NCBI GenBank assembly: GCA_964016885.1 | Contig: OZ024755.1 | Location: forward strand, 4,340,001-4,404,000 | DNA from: Eledone cirrhosa | Taxonomy: Eukaryota | Length of the DNA: 64,000 nucleotides | Reading direction: 5' to 3' | Shown: positions 12,186 through 31,095 of the stretch, in pieces | Layout of the letters: every line of letters starts with the position of its first letter | How positions within the stretch are numbered: position 1 is the first letter of the stretch | Notes under the pieces: model-generated | Database searches by the model: none | What the model was told of the DNA's origin: nothing | What the model saw: only the letters and a program-made list of their open reading frames with translations | Translations under genes and position numbers: made by a program

Positions 12186-12570
12186 CTAGAATGCGTCCGT
12201 TAATTTACAGGAAGAGCTTTTGTCATTTGGTAATTTTTTTTAAGATGACATTTCCCATGATTCCTTTCGTGAAGTCAGCAGTGCGCATGTCAACTATGGT
12301 ACGCCATGTTGGTTACCAAATTCAAACCTAGATCAATGCTCCATGTCTTCCCGTTCGCTTCTTTTGTCGTGAATGGGTTATTTTGTCACAAAATGATCGT
12401 TTTACTACCAATACATCTTAATTTGATCAGTCGTTAACTCCACAGCTTCAATGCGAGTAAAATAAGAAGGAGTACAAATTTGGATGAAGACTTATTGCTA
12501 TTCATCTTTTATCGAGATCCTAAACCTACCAAGCTTTTAAATACCGTTTTTTTTTGTGTTATTTTTGGCG

Positions 12571-13058
12571 ATGTTCAGTGAGGATCTAACAATTATGTCA
12601 ACATATTTATACCAGTTAGTTGCTGATTTCATAGTTTTTAAATTAATTGATTCCTTTGCAAAATCAGCGATTCATGACGCTACGTAAGTTCTATTTTAAA
12701 GTATTCTTACTTTGCTTTGCTTTGTTTCGTTTTATTTTCAATTGGTCGTAAGCTTTTTCTGAATTCTGCTTTAAGTCTTTTTAAATATTTAAGTTACCTT
12801 AATCGTCTCAGGAAATTCGTCGAGATTAGGCGATTTCTATAAATTACACCGGTTTCACTATTGTTAAATTTATATAATTCCTTTCTCTAATATACTACTA
12901 TAGTAAGTAATAAGCGTTTAAGTACACGTGTCCTTTTAATGAATTAATTCCTCTTTTAAGTTCTTGAAACTTACTGGAGATTTCTATTATTGACACATTA
13001 ACTATTGGTTCCTAGGCGTGTCTTTAATAGTAGTGAATATATATATTTATGTGTGTAA

Positions 13059-13091
<33 letters not shown>

Positions 13092-16000
13092 CTTTGCAGA
13101 CAGAATGCCAATGATTTGGCTAGAATTATCTCCCTTGTTTTTAAATCCAACAACAAAAAAAAACACCCCAGTTCCCTGCAGCTGATGGCTTTTCACTTTT
13201 CTCTTTATTCATCCGTTGCTTATTTCGATACTTTATAGGTAAGAACAAGTTATTGATTTATGATTTAAACCCGGTGCAAATCGTATGTTGTTGTGATGAG
13301 GTGAGAAACATAGCTAAAATAAATGAATGTTCTATTGACATGCAACCCAAGTAATTAAACTACTATAACTGGTTGTGTTTCTTTTTATATTACATTCTCT
13401 TAAGATTTTTGGCGTTACACACCAAGTTATTTCCAATTAGTATATAATACTTGCTCTAACTTGAAATAGTTAGTAAAACATTTTTAATGAAGATTGCTTT
13501 AAAACGTATTGATTCTAGCTAATTCTGCTGTGATTCTAAAAAATAAACCTTCATTTTCAATTTTCCGACTGGAATCTTTTTTAAAGAGAAACAAAAATCT
13601 TTCTCTTATTTTTTTTTTTTTATTCCACACCACTTAAACAATTTTTTTAACGTTTGTCATTTTTATGTCAAAATGTTAAACCAAGATTATTATTAAAGAA
13701 TGTAGCATGGGTTATCATTTGAAAAATGAAAGTAGCTCCCCCCCACCCAACAATAACAAAATCACGAATATTTTTTCCAATAAGTTTATCAGTTTGTACT
13801 TGTATAGATTTAATAGAAGACCCAATGCCAAGTGATCTTGTTATTGAAACAGCTTCGATGTATTTCTGACGTCTATCACACCATGTTTATAACTCTTGAT
13901 AAATATTTTCCATAAATCCCATTATTAACAATAAATGGTCAGTGACTGTTCTGTGAATGGTCTACAGTATTTGCTGCTATATTTTTTTATCGATACGTTC
14001 AGCAAAGAACTTTTAGTACCCCACTCCCCTCACAGCCGATGAACTATCTTTTTACATTGATCTACTTGAGATATTGTTTTGGAGAAATAAAAATATTTAC
14101 ATAATCAACGAATTATTGGTTTTAAAACTTTTTATTTATTGCATGTTTGTTTGTTTGTTTTTTTTTAAACTAAAACGAAAGAAATTAGATTTTTTTAATT
14201 TTGTTTTTTACGTTATTGGCGGTATAAAAATAATGGAAGGGATTTAATTTTCCTTTAATTTTGCCTGTATGTAAATACCAGTGACAAATAGATTTAATCG
14301 ATTTTTAAAATGCGTGGTTTTGCGTCGTCGGGTGAGGCGGAAGAGCGTCCTTAAAGTGTATTGTTCTCCTAAAACTGATGTGGTTGATGGTCACTTTGGC
14401 CTTGTATGTGAAAGGGTGGACATTCCAAAAGAAAACTGGTTGATGGTCATTTTGGACTTCTGTGTTTATATATATATATATATATAGGAAAATAGTTAGG
14501 ACCCCGACGGCTGAGCTCCGGCCGTTTCGACACTAGTACTATCAGCTCTTATGTCACATTTAATGCTGAACAGGATATACATTTTACATTTCGTTTAGAT
14601 ATTAAATCATTATTTGGCAAACTGCGATCTGTTTGGCTTTCTGAATGGCACACCTAGTTTCAAAATACCCTTAAATTTTTTAGTTGTGCAGCCTACCTTA
14701 TGAACCGCATCCTATGTGGCCCCACCTAATGATAAGCCACATCCTATGAAGCCCACTGCTCGATAAAGGTTGTCCATGCCTGGATTAAATCTTCTCTTAT
14801 AGCAGTGTTATTTACAGTGGACCGATCCCTTTATTTGATTTTATTTAAACTGTTTAGTCAGGAAGGGAAGAGTATTGCCCTTGACACTTTTCATGACTTC
14901 CCAGATAAGTGGGAGGAAGGTGTCCCTAAGTCAGAGACCTGCTTGCTATAAATTTGACCCCTCTAAGGCACCCGAGGATCTGTGGTGGTTTAAAACCAGA
15001 CAATGGATTAAGTTCGCTCTTTCACGTTCCAGTGTGGGCTGAGTGCATTTTATATTGTGTTAATACTACTAACCCATTTCAACACTAGCGTGCTTGCATC
15101 GTAGGTCCTGAGGTCATTGATAGGGTGTGGGTGGGACGAGAGCATAGTTTGGGCTGCCTACTCTTTTAAATGGTGCATTGCATACTTGTCTCGTTTTGAA
15201 CTCCTGAGAGTTAGGTCACTTACTCTTTTACTGATCCCAGTTATTGGACTATGGCCATGCTGGGAAACTCTATTTTAGCCACCTCAGGAGAATGAAAGGT
15301 AAAATAGACTTTGATGAGATTTGAATTGAAAGTATAGAGGGACTTAACCCTTCAGCATTTCAAACCAGTCATATCAAGCCAGAATTCTCTCACCTCTTTC
15401 TATTCAAACTGGCTGTAATCGGCTGCTCATACTGATGTTATGGTATTGTTCTCAAAATAGATAGTATCAAAATCTCATAGATTTGATACTATGTGAGGTA
15501 AAGCCTTTAACGTAAAAATATAATAGTAAATATAGAGTAATGTAAATGCTAAAGGGATAAACAAATACCACAAGGTATTTTATCCAGTACTCTATCAATT
15601 TTGCCCTACACCTACCAAGTTTAGAACTTTTCTCAAATCAATTACTAACTTTGTTTACTTCTTTCATGATGACATCTGCCACATGTTTCACAATTTGGCA
15701 AATATTGAATTTCTATTTATTGTCTGGTCTTGCTTGAATTCTCCTCAAGTTGGATTTATATTTATTTCTCTACAAATCTATAGGTCTTCTCACAACACAT
15801 TTTACTATAGTATAATATAATTAATTCTTCTAAAGAGTTCAGCATGATACTGCATGACAGAATTACTTTGTTATTAATATGGGTAGAAGTTTGATAATAC
15901 CATTACTGGTTCCAAACTACATGAAATCATGATTAGAGTCGATGGTCTGAATTGATTGCTTGTTTTTTGTCAGTGATGATTATGCATTTTACATTTAGTT

Positions 16001-19000
16001 TTGAATGTAACCACTCAAAATACGCAAGCATGGAAAAACTGGCGTAAAAATGATGATGATTTCATATTTTAATTTAACCCTTTAGCATTTACATTACTCT
16101 GTATATACTATTGTATTTTTGTGGTTACGGTTTTATCTTACATAATTATTCACATAATATCGAATTTATGAGATTTTGATGTTATTTATTTTGAGAACAA
16201 TACTTTAACATCAGTATGAGTGGCCAGTTACAGCCAGTTTGAACCGAAAGAAGTGAGAGAATTCTGGCCGGATATGGCTGGTTTAAATGCTAAAGGGTTA
16301 AATTGGAAACTTTTAAAATGGGTAGTTTTATTTCATAAAACCAGAGCTGGTTTTGGCTGGGTTGGTAACTAAAGGGTTAAATCCTTTCATTTAGATTTGG
16401 AATTTTGATTTTCCTTGCATTTGTACCACTTGTAAAACACTTGGCAGTAATACTTGGTTATTGTCTATATTATTATCAGATATTTTCAATATTTTTGCTA
16501 TTATGATTATATATATTCATCCCTGTAAACTTGGATTAAATACATCTGTTTAGTCACATTCTGTATAATTCCATTGGTGTACAATGTTTACTTTAAACAG
16601 ATGAGCTTTGTTTACACAGCCTAGGTACTATTTAACTGTGGAAAGATTGTTTTATTAGGACAGATGTTATTTTATACATTTGGATCTACTAGCTGGGTTG
16701 TGCCAGTATGAAATACAGAGTGTATAAGTGTATAAAACCTGAGGGATAAGATCTGAAATTACTTTGAAGATGAGACACAGGTGTGGTGTTCTGTGGGTGA
16801 GAGCAGTCTGAGGTGATAGGTGAGGTAGAGCAATAATATATGAGGTATAACATGGACAACTGACCAATAATTACAAAGACATAGAAGACATCTTGTGCTA
16901 ACTAGACAATAAAGCCCAAAATTTCCAGTGTTTTTCTCTGGTTCTTGATAAATTAACCCTTTATTGTAAGTCAGTATTCTCTAGTAACTAGTTAATATTG
17001 GTGAGGAATGCTACAGTTTGTTGTCAGTATTCTCTGTAGGTGGTAGTTACCAACAGTAGTTAGTTAATATTGGTGAGGAATGGTACAGTTTGTTGTAAGT
17101 CAGTATTCTTTGTAGGTGGTAGTTACCAAAACTAACTAGTTAATAACAGTAAAATGGTAATTATTGTGCTGTCCCTCCAAAAGTTGTGACTTCATCTCTT
17201 CTCAGAGATTTATATGTATTTGTTTATTTATTTTCAGGAATGATAGTGAGAAAAGAAGAATTTGGTTCTATGAATCTGGCTTTCTTGCTGGTGTGTCTTT
17301 TCTAATCTATTTATTGGATCATACCCCTTATTTGCTGTGGCTTCTTACATTTTGCACCTTCCTTTTCACCCAATTGATTGGGCAGCTCCATTTACTTTAC
17401 TGGTGGAATCTTCTTAAAACAAGATGGGATGAACACTTACAACACCAGGAAAGTTTAGAAAGACTACAAAATAATTCTACCATTTCACCAATGCCTGCAG
17501 CACCTTCACCAGCTGTTACCAATCGAGGAGTTTCTGGAATTGCCCAACCTTATTCTGGCCATCAAATGGTACCACAACAACCTTCAGTAAGCAACTATGA
17601 TCATCTGCTCCCAAATACTTCTGCTGTCATTTCACAATATGGACACAAATCAGTCAACCTTTCTAGCCAACAAGCTGCCTATTTAGGACCTCACTACTCT
17701 GATAACCACTTTCTCCCTCAGCAAAAACATTTGCTCATTCACCCTAATCAGCCCTGTGGCAGTCCTCCTGTATACTTTCCTGAGAATGTAACTGTGTGTC
17801 CCAACACTATTACTCAAAATACTGTTGGAACACTCTGGCCTCAGAATATGAGACGCCGACCCCTACGACCTAGTGTCTTAAGAAGTGCTTCCCCATTTCC
17901 TCTTGTCTCCGCTTCTCAGCATGACACCAAAACTGTAAGGGAATTTTCATTTAAAGACAAGCTGCTCTCTTCCTTTGGTTTCACACCAAAAAATCCACCT
18001 GGTCTGGAAAATGATGGCCAAAACTTATGTTTTATGAATTGCATATTGCAGTGCTTAGCTAGAAGCCCACACTTGGTTAGTCAGCTGTTGAGAGTTAACA
18101 TAGAAAATATCCCAAATGTAAATAAGGAAGAAAAGCAGTTTCTTTCTGAATTTGTCAAAATCTTAAACAAATGCTCTGCTGAATCACAGACAAGAATGTC
18201 TGTAGTGGACACAGAGCCGTTAAAATTAGCCTCTCAAATGATGAAATGTAGTCTCCTGACTGAACATACTCAACAAGATGCTGCTGAATTTCTTATGTGG
18301 CTCCTAACAACAACTCATAACATCTTAAACAAAATTCATCTAAACAAAGGTGAGGAATGTTTCTGGCAAATTTATAGACATATATCTGCATCGCCATAAT
18401 TCTTTTTCTAACTGACTACTTTGTTTATACAGAGATATTGTGTGAACCTATTTGTTGAGCAGTAGTCATTGTTTTTGTAACTTATTGCCCTGTAACTGAA
18501 ATAATTCAATCATTGAAAATAATCTCTACATGTTCAATATAAAATATGTGAGAAATGTTTCACATTTATTACTATTATTTCACATTGAAATATTTATTTT
18601 CTTTCTAACAGTTAATTAATTAATCTCTACAGTATTTCATGTAGTTTTATTCCCAAATAGAGTATTTCAGATTATTTAACTGTTTCACTATATTTATTGA
18701 AATTGTTTGTTATTTATTTTGCTTGTGTGTGTTTCCTTGAATGTGCAACTTACTTAGACTTAGGAGCTCCCATGTCTTGAGACACATGAGGCAGCTAAAG
18801 TGCTCCCATGACCACGGCTAGTTCCATCTATCAATACATTGTTCCAACTTTACTTAGACTTATGAGCTCCCACATCTTGAGACACAGAGGCAGCTAAAGT
18901 TCTCCAATGACCACGGTCAGTTGCATCTATCAATACATTGTTCCTACTTTTGTTGACGGGTTTCAGGTCTCTGTCAATTGTTTGCTGCCAATTCATCTTG

Positions 19001-21995
19001 GGACGCTCTCATCACTTCTTTCCATGGAGGTACCAACAGAAGACCTGATTAGTATGTCTCTCACTTGGGAGTCGTATGACATGTCCCAACCAGCCAAGTC
19101 GACACTGGCACATATTTGACATGTATATTCTTTATTTAATATTTGACTTTAGCATTCCACATACAAATGTATTAGTTACTACTACACGGTAGGGAGAGAG
19201 GTCTAGTATCATTCATTAAGTTTTTCAATGTTTTAAATAGCATTTACTTTCGTAGTCTTGGAGGGTGAGGGACTAAAAACAACTGAAAGACAGATTAAAT
19301 GGAAAATAATTAAAGCTATCCTAATTAATTTACGTTTTGTCTGTGTCTGTAACAATAAACGGAGTTTTACAGAATCATCCACACAGGCAAGCTATAATAA
19401 AACTCAATATAAAATCACATGACAGCTGACAATTAGTCACATTCTTACTATTTATAAAAACAATTCAAATTTGACCCTGTTTTATTTTTTTAAATCATAC
19501 CTTTCTACATGTACTGAGATGACCTAATTAGTTTAAAGAATTCTCTATTGAGAGATGAGTAACAAATACAGAGGAATATAGAAGTGTATGTTGGTTTGCT
19601 GATATATGTAGACTAATGTTTAGAGTGGAGTTTCTTCTTCTGGGAATAAATATTATTAAGTGGTAGTAATGTGTCTAGGTGGAGGTGCATGGCTTAGTGG
19701 TAAAGGTGTTGGACTTACAATCATAATGTGGATTTGATTCCTGGACTGGGTTGGGTGTTGTGTTCTTGAGAAAAACACTTCATTTCACATTGCTCCAGTA
19801 TACTTGTCTGAAATTGAGTACCAGCAATAGCTGGAGATTTAACCCTGCGATGGACTGGCAACTTGTCCAGGGGAATGTCTTGTACTCTGTCGTTTCACAT
19901 CAAGGTAATTGAGATAAGTACCGGCCTGATGAACTTCTAGGCTTGAGGCAGACTTTAAACTTTTAAACTTTAATGTGTCAAGAATACAAATGTTTGAAGT
20001 TGAAGCTTTGCATCTGATTATAATCAAAGATATAAAATGACCCTGAAATAACAGATATAGTGAAATATTTAGGTTGAAGACTTGGCATGATTTAGCTAGG
20101 GTCACTTCCAGTAAGTTGGTGTAATCATAAAAATTTATTTTCTTCAGTTTATGGGGAAAACAAGATGAATTCCAAAGCTGCAAACCAGAATGATTTATAT
20201 AATGAATTATCTGTGGAAAATATACAAAAGTTAAAAGTTGCCTACAAAGAAAAGGTAAATGTCGTTTCAGTTTTTTTGGTAGTTTTGTAAATTGTTAGAC
20301 ATTTGGTGTGTAAAGATGCAACTCTTCCAGACTTAAAAGATGTAAAAAATTATATTAAAAAGTTGCTGTTGAGTAGTTAATAAAGCTGTTTCTGGTAAAA
20401 ACCTACCATTTTTAGTAATATTAAAAATATATTTCAAAATTTGCAAATAAAAAAAAAAATTATTTTACATAAAATACTCCTGTATTGAAAAAGATGATAG
20501 TTTTTTTTTACTATAATCCCTCTCAATGGCCTCACTAACCTGGTTAGAGCATTCTCAATAAAGTAAATATATCCACACTGTAAATATGGTTGATCTTTGG
20601 AAGGGCATCCAGTCATAGAAATCAAGCCCAAATCAGTCCAGTATGAGCAAGACATGGTCATCTGATCTGGCTTGGCTCACAACGAGACAATTCCTCTAAC
20701 CCATGCTAGTGTGGGAAAATGGCCGTTAAACAGTGATGATGATGATGTATATATTAATGTTTTGTTGGTGACACGTGATATAGTCTCGGTGTTTAACCTT
20801 TTAGCATTTAAACTGGTCCTATCCGGCCAGAATTCCTTCACCTCCTTCTTTTCAAACCGGTTGTAACCAGCCACTCATACTGAGGTTAAGGTATTGTTCA
20901 CAAAATAAATATGAAAATCTCATAGATTTGATATGTGAGGTAAAGCATCTACCGTGAAAATATAATAGTAAATATAGAGTAATGTAAATGGTAAAAGGTT
21001 AAACATTTTTTAAATTCTGTTTACATACGCTTTTTCTTTCTTTCTTTTTTTCGTTTTAGATTGACAAGCTGAACAGCTTTGATACAGAAGCTTATGCAGA
21101 GTTAGCACAGCATTTATCTGATTTAGATTGGTATGCTTACAAAAATGAGAATTCTTCTATCATAGATAATCTCTTCACTGGTCAGTTACTAGAAGCTTAT
21201 AATTGTAACCGCAAAGGACATCTAACTATACAACCACAGACTTTTGCTGTTTTACCAATTCCAATTGGGGAATCTATATCAGACTGCAGTATATATCTTG
21301 AAGATTGTTTCACCATTTTTAGTAGTGTAGAACAACTTTCTGGTCAAGTATGTTCTCGCTGTTCTAAAGGGAATTCTGTTCATTCAAGTCCTACTGTGAG
21401 CACCCCTCTATCATACATCCCTCCTTGTGTAAACATCCAGACACTTCCTGCATTTCATATGGGTGGTTCATTCATGTCTCCCATTGTCAGCAACAAATCA
21501 GACAACAGTTTTTCATCTCATAGTGTTCGGACTTCAACTCCACGTTTTTATGCAGGGACATGTGATGGAATGTTACAAGATAAACAGACTATTGATCGAC
21601 GCTGTCTTCTTCATCAACTTCCAGAATGCCTTATTATTCAGCTATTACGCTTTACCTTTGATTCAAAGACTAAAAATACTAAGAAGATAACAACTCCTGT
21701 TGACATTACACTTTCAGGTTTGGACTTGAAAGACATAGTCTTTAACTTAAAATCAAATAAGAGTAGCTGCAATACAGTAGATCCTACTCATAAATATAAT
21801 CTGTATGGTATGTGTGTTCATTTGAGTTCATGTGGCACAACTAGTGGTCACTATATTTGCTATTGTCTGGACAGTAATGGAAAGTGGTATAAATTTGATG
21901 ATGACACTGTATGTGATGTAGATATGCAATATGAGTTGTCAACTCGAACAATTAATGAGAATGCATATCTGTTATTTTATAAGAAAGCCAGGTGA
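12571..21995 (+). CDS. Ubiquitin carboxyl-terminal hydrolase (USP/peptidase C19) with N-terminal hydrophobic segment, about 755 aa
   Basis: Exons 12571-12683 (tentative first exon, phase-compatible), 17238-18349, 20148-20254 and 21060-21995 give one open frame. Motifs: Cys box GLENDGQNLCFMNCILQCL, QQDAAEFL, SIIDNLFTGQL, LPECLIIQLLRF, His box GHYICYC..WYKFDD and terminal AYLLFY. Confidence 0.9.
15344..15560 (+). mobile_element. piggyBac-like MITE (TTAA-CCCTTTAGCATTT termini)
   Basis: About 210-230 bp family with TIRs CCCTTTAGCATTTA flanked by TTAA; at least 11 copies in the window. Confidence 0.7.
16074..16301 (-). mobile_element. piggyBac-like MITE
   Basis: TTAACCCTTTAGCATTTA...TAAATGCTAAAGGGTTAA, opposite orientation to the 15344 copy. 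Confidence 0.8.
18746..19115 (-). mobile_element. RTE-clade LINE 3' fragment with duplicated ~100-bp 3' end
   Basis: Minus-strand decayed translation WLGHVIRLP...RPKMNWQQTIDRDL; TAAG-like tail; 18746-18845 is repeated at 18846-18944. Confidence 0.6.
19680..19960 (+). mobile_element. tRNA-derived SINE with CORE-like domain
   Basis: TGGCTTAGTGG A-box, TTTGATTCC B-box, CTTGAG..AAACACTTCATTTCACATTGCTCCAG core. Homologs lie at about 24485-24770(-), 27860, 33230, 47395-47540(-) and 49668-49930. Confidence 0.7.
20793..21002 (+). mobile_element. piggyBac-like MITE
   Basis: Same family as 16074-16301, TTAA at both ends. Confidence 0.7.
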
Positions 21996-22169
21996 TTAAA
22001 TGGCAGAATGAAAGATTGCAAGGTTTGATTTGCTTTTATCTTGGTTTATTGTTCATAAGAATGCATAGTTGTTTTATGAAGGGTCCCCACTTCAGATCTG
22101 AAATGGGAAGTGTGTTCTAACTTTGTGTGTTTGTGTTTTTCATGCCTGATATCTGAACATTTTTTTATT

Positions 22170-22210
<41 letters not shown>

Positions 22211-23131
22211 CTTCAAAACTTTCAAATATCTTGATATTTTAATGCCAAGGAGGAGAAAAATGAGAAAAGGTAATAATAATAGTTTAAGCTTTCTATTTCT
22301 AAAATAAAATAAGGGAACATATTGCCTCCTATTATTTACAAATATTAACTGGGTTGTTGAAAAGATTCTGGATATTGTTTATCTTTCAGAAATATTGGGG
22401 GAATTATTGTTCCTTCCTGCAGGATTTAACTCTTTCATGACTGCATTTCTAATGAAAGACACTCGATTTCAATTAATTAATTAAACATTTTGAGGGATTT
22501 ACTTAAATTATTATTTCCTTACCAAGATAGTATCTTAACAAATGGTTCTTACATAAAATTATGTTAGAAAATTTAAATTTAAATTGGAAACCTTTAAAAT
22601 GGGTGGTTTTATTTCATAGAACCAGAGTTGGTTTTGGTTAGGTTGGTAATTAACTGTTAAGTGATTTCTTAGTAGTTGTGTGGGAATATACAAATCTATG
22701 TAGAGTAAAGTTTATTAGCAACCTGATGGGTGTTTTAAAGTAAACTCGGAAATGTGACAATAAGAGTTTAGCAATGAAAACAGGGAGCTGGGAACTGCTT
22801 CATTTAAAATCTTTTTTATAAACTGAGTTATTTTGCTTTGTGAATTTTAATGAAGAATAATCCAACGTTTTAGTATTTAGAAACAGAATCCTATTATGTA
22901 CTTTTTTAATTACATTAAATATGAAAGTTACTGACAAAGATATATTTCTATAGTTAACCATTTATGTTAGTTTTTCTTCAAATATTTGAACAAAGAAAAT
23001 TCATAAAATTTCTTTTAATTTCATATTGAAAGGAGATATTATATTTCTATTTTAATCCTTTAAAAAAAAACCCCAGTATTTTAAAATTGTATGGATATTA
23101 CATTAATAAGACAAACTGACATGAAAGTAAT

Positions 23132-23318
23132 TACGGTATACACTCGAATATAAGCCAACCCCACTATTTTATGCTTGAGAAATGGGCAAAAGTTAAAACC
23201 TTATTTCTGAAGAATTTTAAGTTGGTGAAAATCGTAAAAATATTGACCATCCTCCTCCTCTGCTATCTATTTTTTCGGGGTCACATATTCCTTGGCTTAT
23301 ATTCGAGTATATACGGTA
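23132..23318. mobile_element. Tc1/mariner/pogo-like MITE
   Basis: TIRs TACGGTATACACTCGAATATAAGCCAA / TTGGCTTATATTCGAGTATATACGGTA with TA flanks; a second right end lies at about 24364-24385. Confidence 0.7.
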
Positions 23319-26083
23319 AATATTTTGTAAAAGGTAATTGGATAAAGAAAAAAGTTAAACACTTTTCTGATCTTTGTGAAACAATTATTTCATCAACATT
23401 TTTATTGTACAAAAGTTGTTTGAATTTCTAATTAAATTCCATTTACAATTGAGACAGATAGAAAAGTGTGAAATACTATGAAGAAAATGTATTCTAGAGA
23501 GCAACAGTTCATGTGGTAACATTTACCAAATCTTAGATTGGTTATTGGAGCCAAATAATAGTAATAATTTGTTACAGTGGAACTAAGTTAGTGGGGTCTT
23601 TTTCACAATATAAACACCCAAATATAACAGATCTATAAAGAACCTTTAAATTTGACAATAGAAGGAATATAGATGTACACTTTTTTTTCTCTATTAGTAA
23701 AATAATGTTTCATAAAATAACAACATATTAAAGTAGAATCTTTAGACTGTCATAAAAAATCTTGATTTTACACATGCCAGGAACAGCAACACCTGGATTT
23801 GACAGCAGACTGCTGTGAAAGACATAGTCAAGACCATCATGTAGGGCAAACAGACTTGCCCCTGGACAGGATGCTAGTCCATCGCATGGTTAAACTCCCA
23901 GCTATTGTTGGTACTTATTTTTTTTCAGCTGAATATACAACAATGTAAGGAAGCTAAATTATTTATGTTGCTAGGATATTTAGAAATGTCGATGTTGCCA
24001 CATTGTTAATGTTTAGGCTTTGTTTCTTGAAAAACCAGTGCATTCTAAATGTACGTAGGCAGTCTTCTTGACGAGGCTGGAGTCGTCCAAAGCATTGTCG
24101 TGCGTAGAGCTGAGTCAGGCATTCAAAATTGATAATTATTTCAGTTTATGGTGAACATTTTTTTACACAGTAATGTTTTCGATTAGTTTTGTCTGCAATT
24201 ACCATATAAACTTAAACATAAGCTGAGGAATATGACAGAAAGATCGATGTTAAAATGGGGGATCAACATATATACAGGGGTCAATATTTATGTGTTGATT
24301 AGTTGCCTCATAAACTGGGTTTGGATCTTTGCCATTTCTCAGACATAAAATAGGGACGTCTATTTATATTCGAGTATATACGGTAGTTCCTATAACCGAC
24401 TTTCCAACAATTAAGCAAGAAAGATTGAATTAATTCCCTTCGATGCTGTTACCTTTAAATAGATTCATCTGCGCAGTAAGATAAGTCTAAAGTCTGTCTC
24501 GAGCCCTGGGGATCATCAGGCCAGGGCTTATCCTGGTTTCCGTGGCATTAAGCGACTGAGAGTACAAGAGTACCATCTTGGACAGGACACCAGTCCATCG
24601 CAGGGTTAAAGCCCCAGCTATTGATGCTGGTACTCATTTTTAGCTGAGTATACTGGAGTAACATAAAAAAGAAGTGTTTTGCTCAAGAACACAACACAAC
24701 CCAGTCGAGGAATGAAATCCATGACATGATGATAAGAGCAACACCCTTACCGCTAGGGCACGTGCCTTTATACCAGTAAGTTTAGTACTCACTAGGTATA
24801 TACTTGTGTGTGTATTATATAGTTTTGGTTGGGTTAGTAACTAAAGGTTTAAACTAGGACTATAGAAAGGGGAAAGAACTATGCTAAAAGGTATTTAGAC
24901 CAACACACCATATATGGTTTTGTAACTTCTGAGGGAATTGTAGGGCTGCCATAGTGACATAGAGCATTTCTTTAAACCTGGCAGAGCCCATCTCCTCTCC
25001 AGGTTTGAGTACAGCAGATTTCTTTCAGAGAAAGATAGAAAGGAAGTGAGAGATATAGAGGAAGAATCGACCCAGTTCATGACTGGTACTGTTTTTTATC
25101 AACCTCAATTAGAGGAAAGGTAAAGTTTACCTCAGTGGGAAGCTCGGATTACACATAACAATGTTTTGTCTCTTTCTCTAACTGAATTGAGATAATAAAA
25201 TGTAAGCTCAATCATGTCTTTGAATGAAAAATCAACTATTAAACTCTTTTATTTAAAAAGTATGCCACAACAGCAATCTTTCAACTACATAATATCAACA
25301 TGAATACATTTTTATTTGTCTATACTTTAAAAAGTTCATATCTTCTAAAAGAGATGTTTTCTTTTTCAAAATTCTAATGAAATATCAAAGCTATACATGC
25401 ACACATATATATATAAACAATACTTCACTGATCACTTCACACATACTGTTTTTCTGTTGAATCACCAAGTCTGACGAGCAGATCGATACTGGAGTTAGGG
25501 TCCATGGGGACCTTGAGCCAATAAACACATAAACGAAACCTCATCCCTTTTTCTTAATATATATTCAAAACGGGCACACAGGACAAAGACAATGGAAAAA
25601 TAGACAGTCCCATCTCAATCAACCTCTGGAGATCACTACATACATATATATATATAGATATACACACACATGCAATGGGGTTCCACAGATTCCATTTATC
25701 AAATTCGACAATTTTAAGGTAATAATATATTGTTCAATCTGAAACTAGATAGAAGTCACTTGCCCAAAGTACTGTACAGTGGAGTCAAACATGTAACCAC
25801 ATGGTTGTGAATTACACTGCCATGTGGAGCTAAACATGTAACTACATGGCTGGGGACAACACAGCCATGTGGAGCTAAACATGTCAAGACATGGTTGTGA
25901 ATGAAACAGCCATCTCTGCTTTCTGGAAGAATTTTTGGGTTTTTACATTTCTTTTCAAATAAATTGTGGAAGCAATACACACACACACACACACAAGTAG
26001 TTCCATCTCCATCAATGCACACACACAGATACATATGGAAGTAGTTTCATCTCCATCAATACACATTGGAAGATATTTCTCGA

Positions 26084-31095
<5,012 letters not shown>

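Noticed and set aside
17164-17237. ORF-track starts for the 411-aa, 199-aa and 164-aa ORFs as separate genes
   Set aside because: They are internal or terminal exons of spliced genes; the apparent starts are intronic or non-ATG.
24064-24110. Hammerhead-like TTGACGA-GGC...GTC-CAAAGCA...TGCGTA
   Set aside because: Needs at least two core corrections and has only a 3-bp stem I; indistinguishable from chance.
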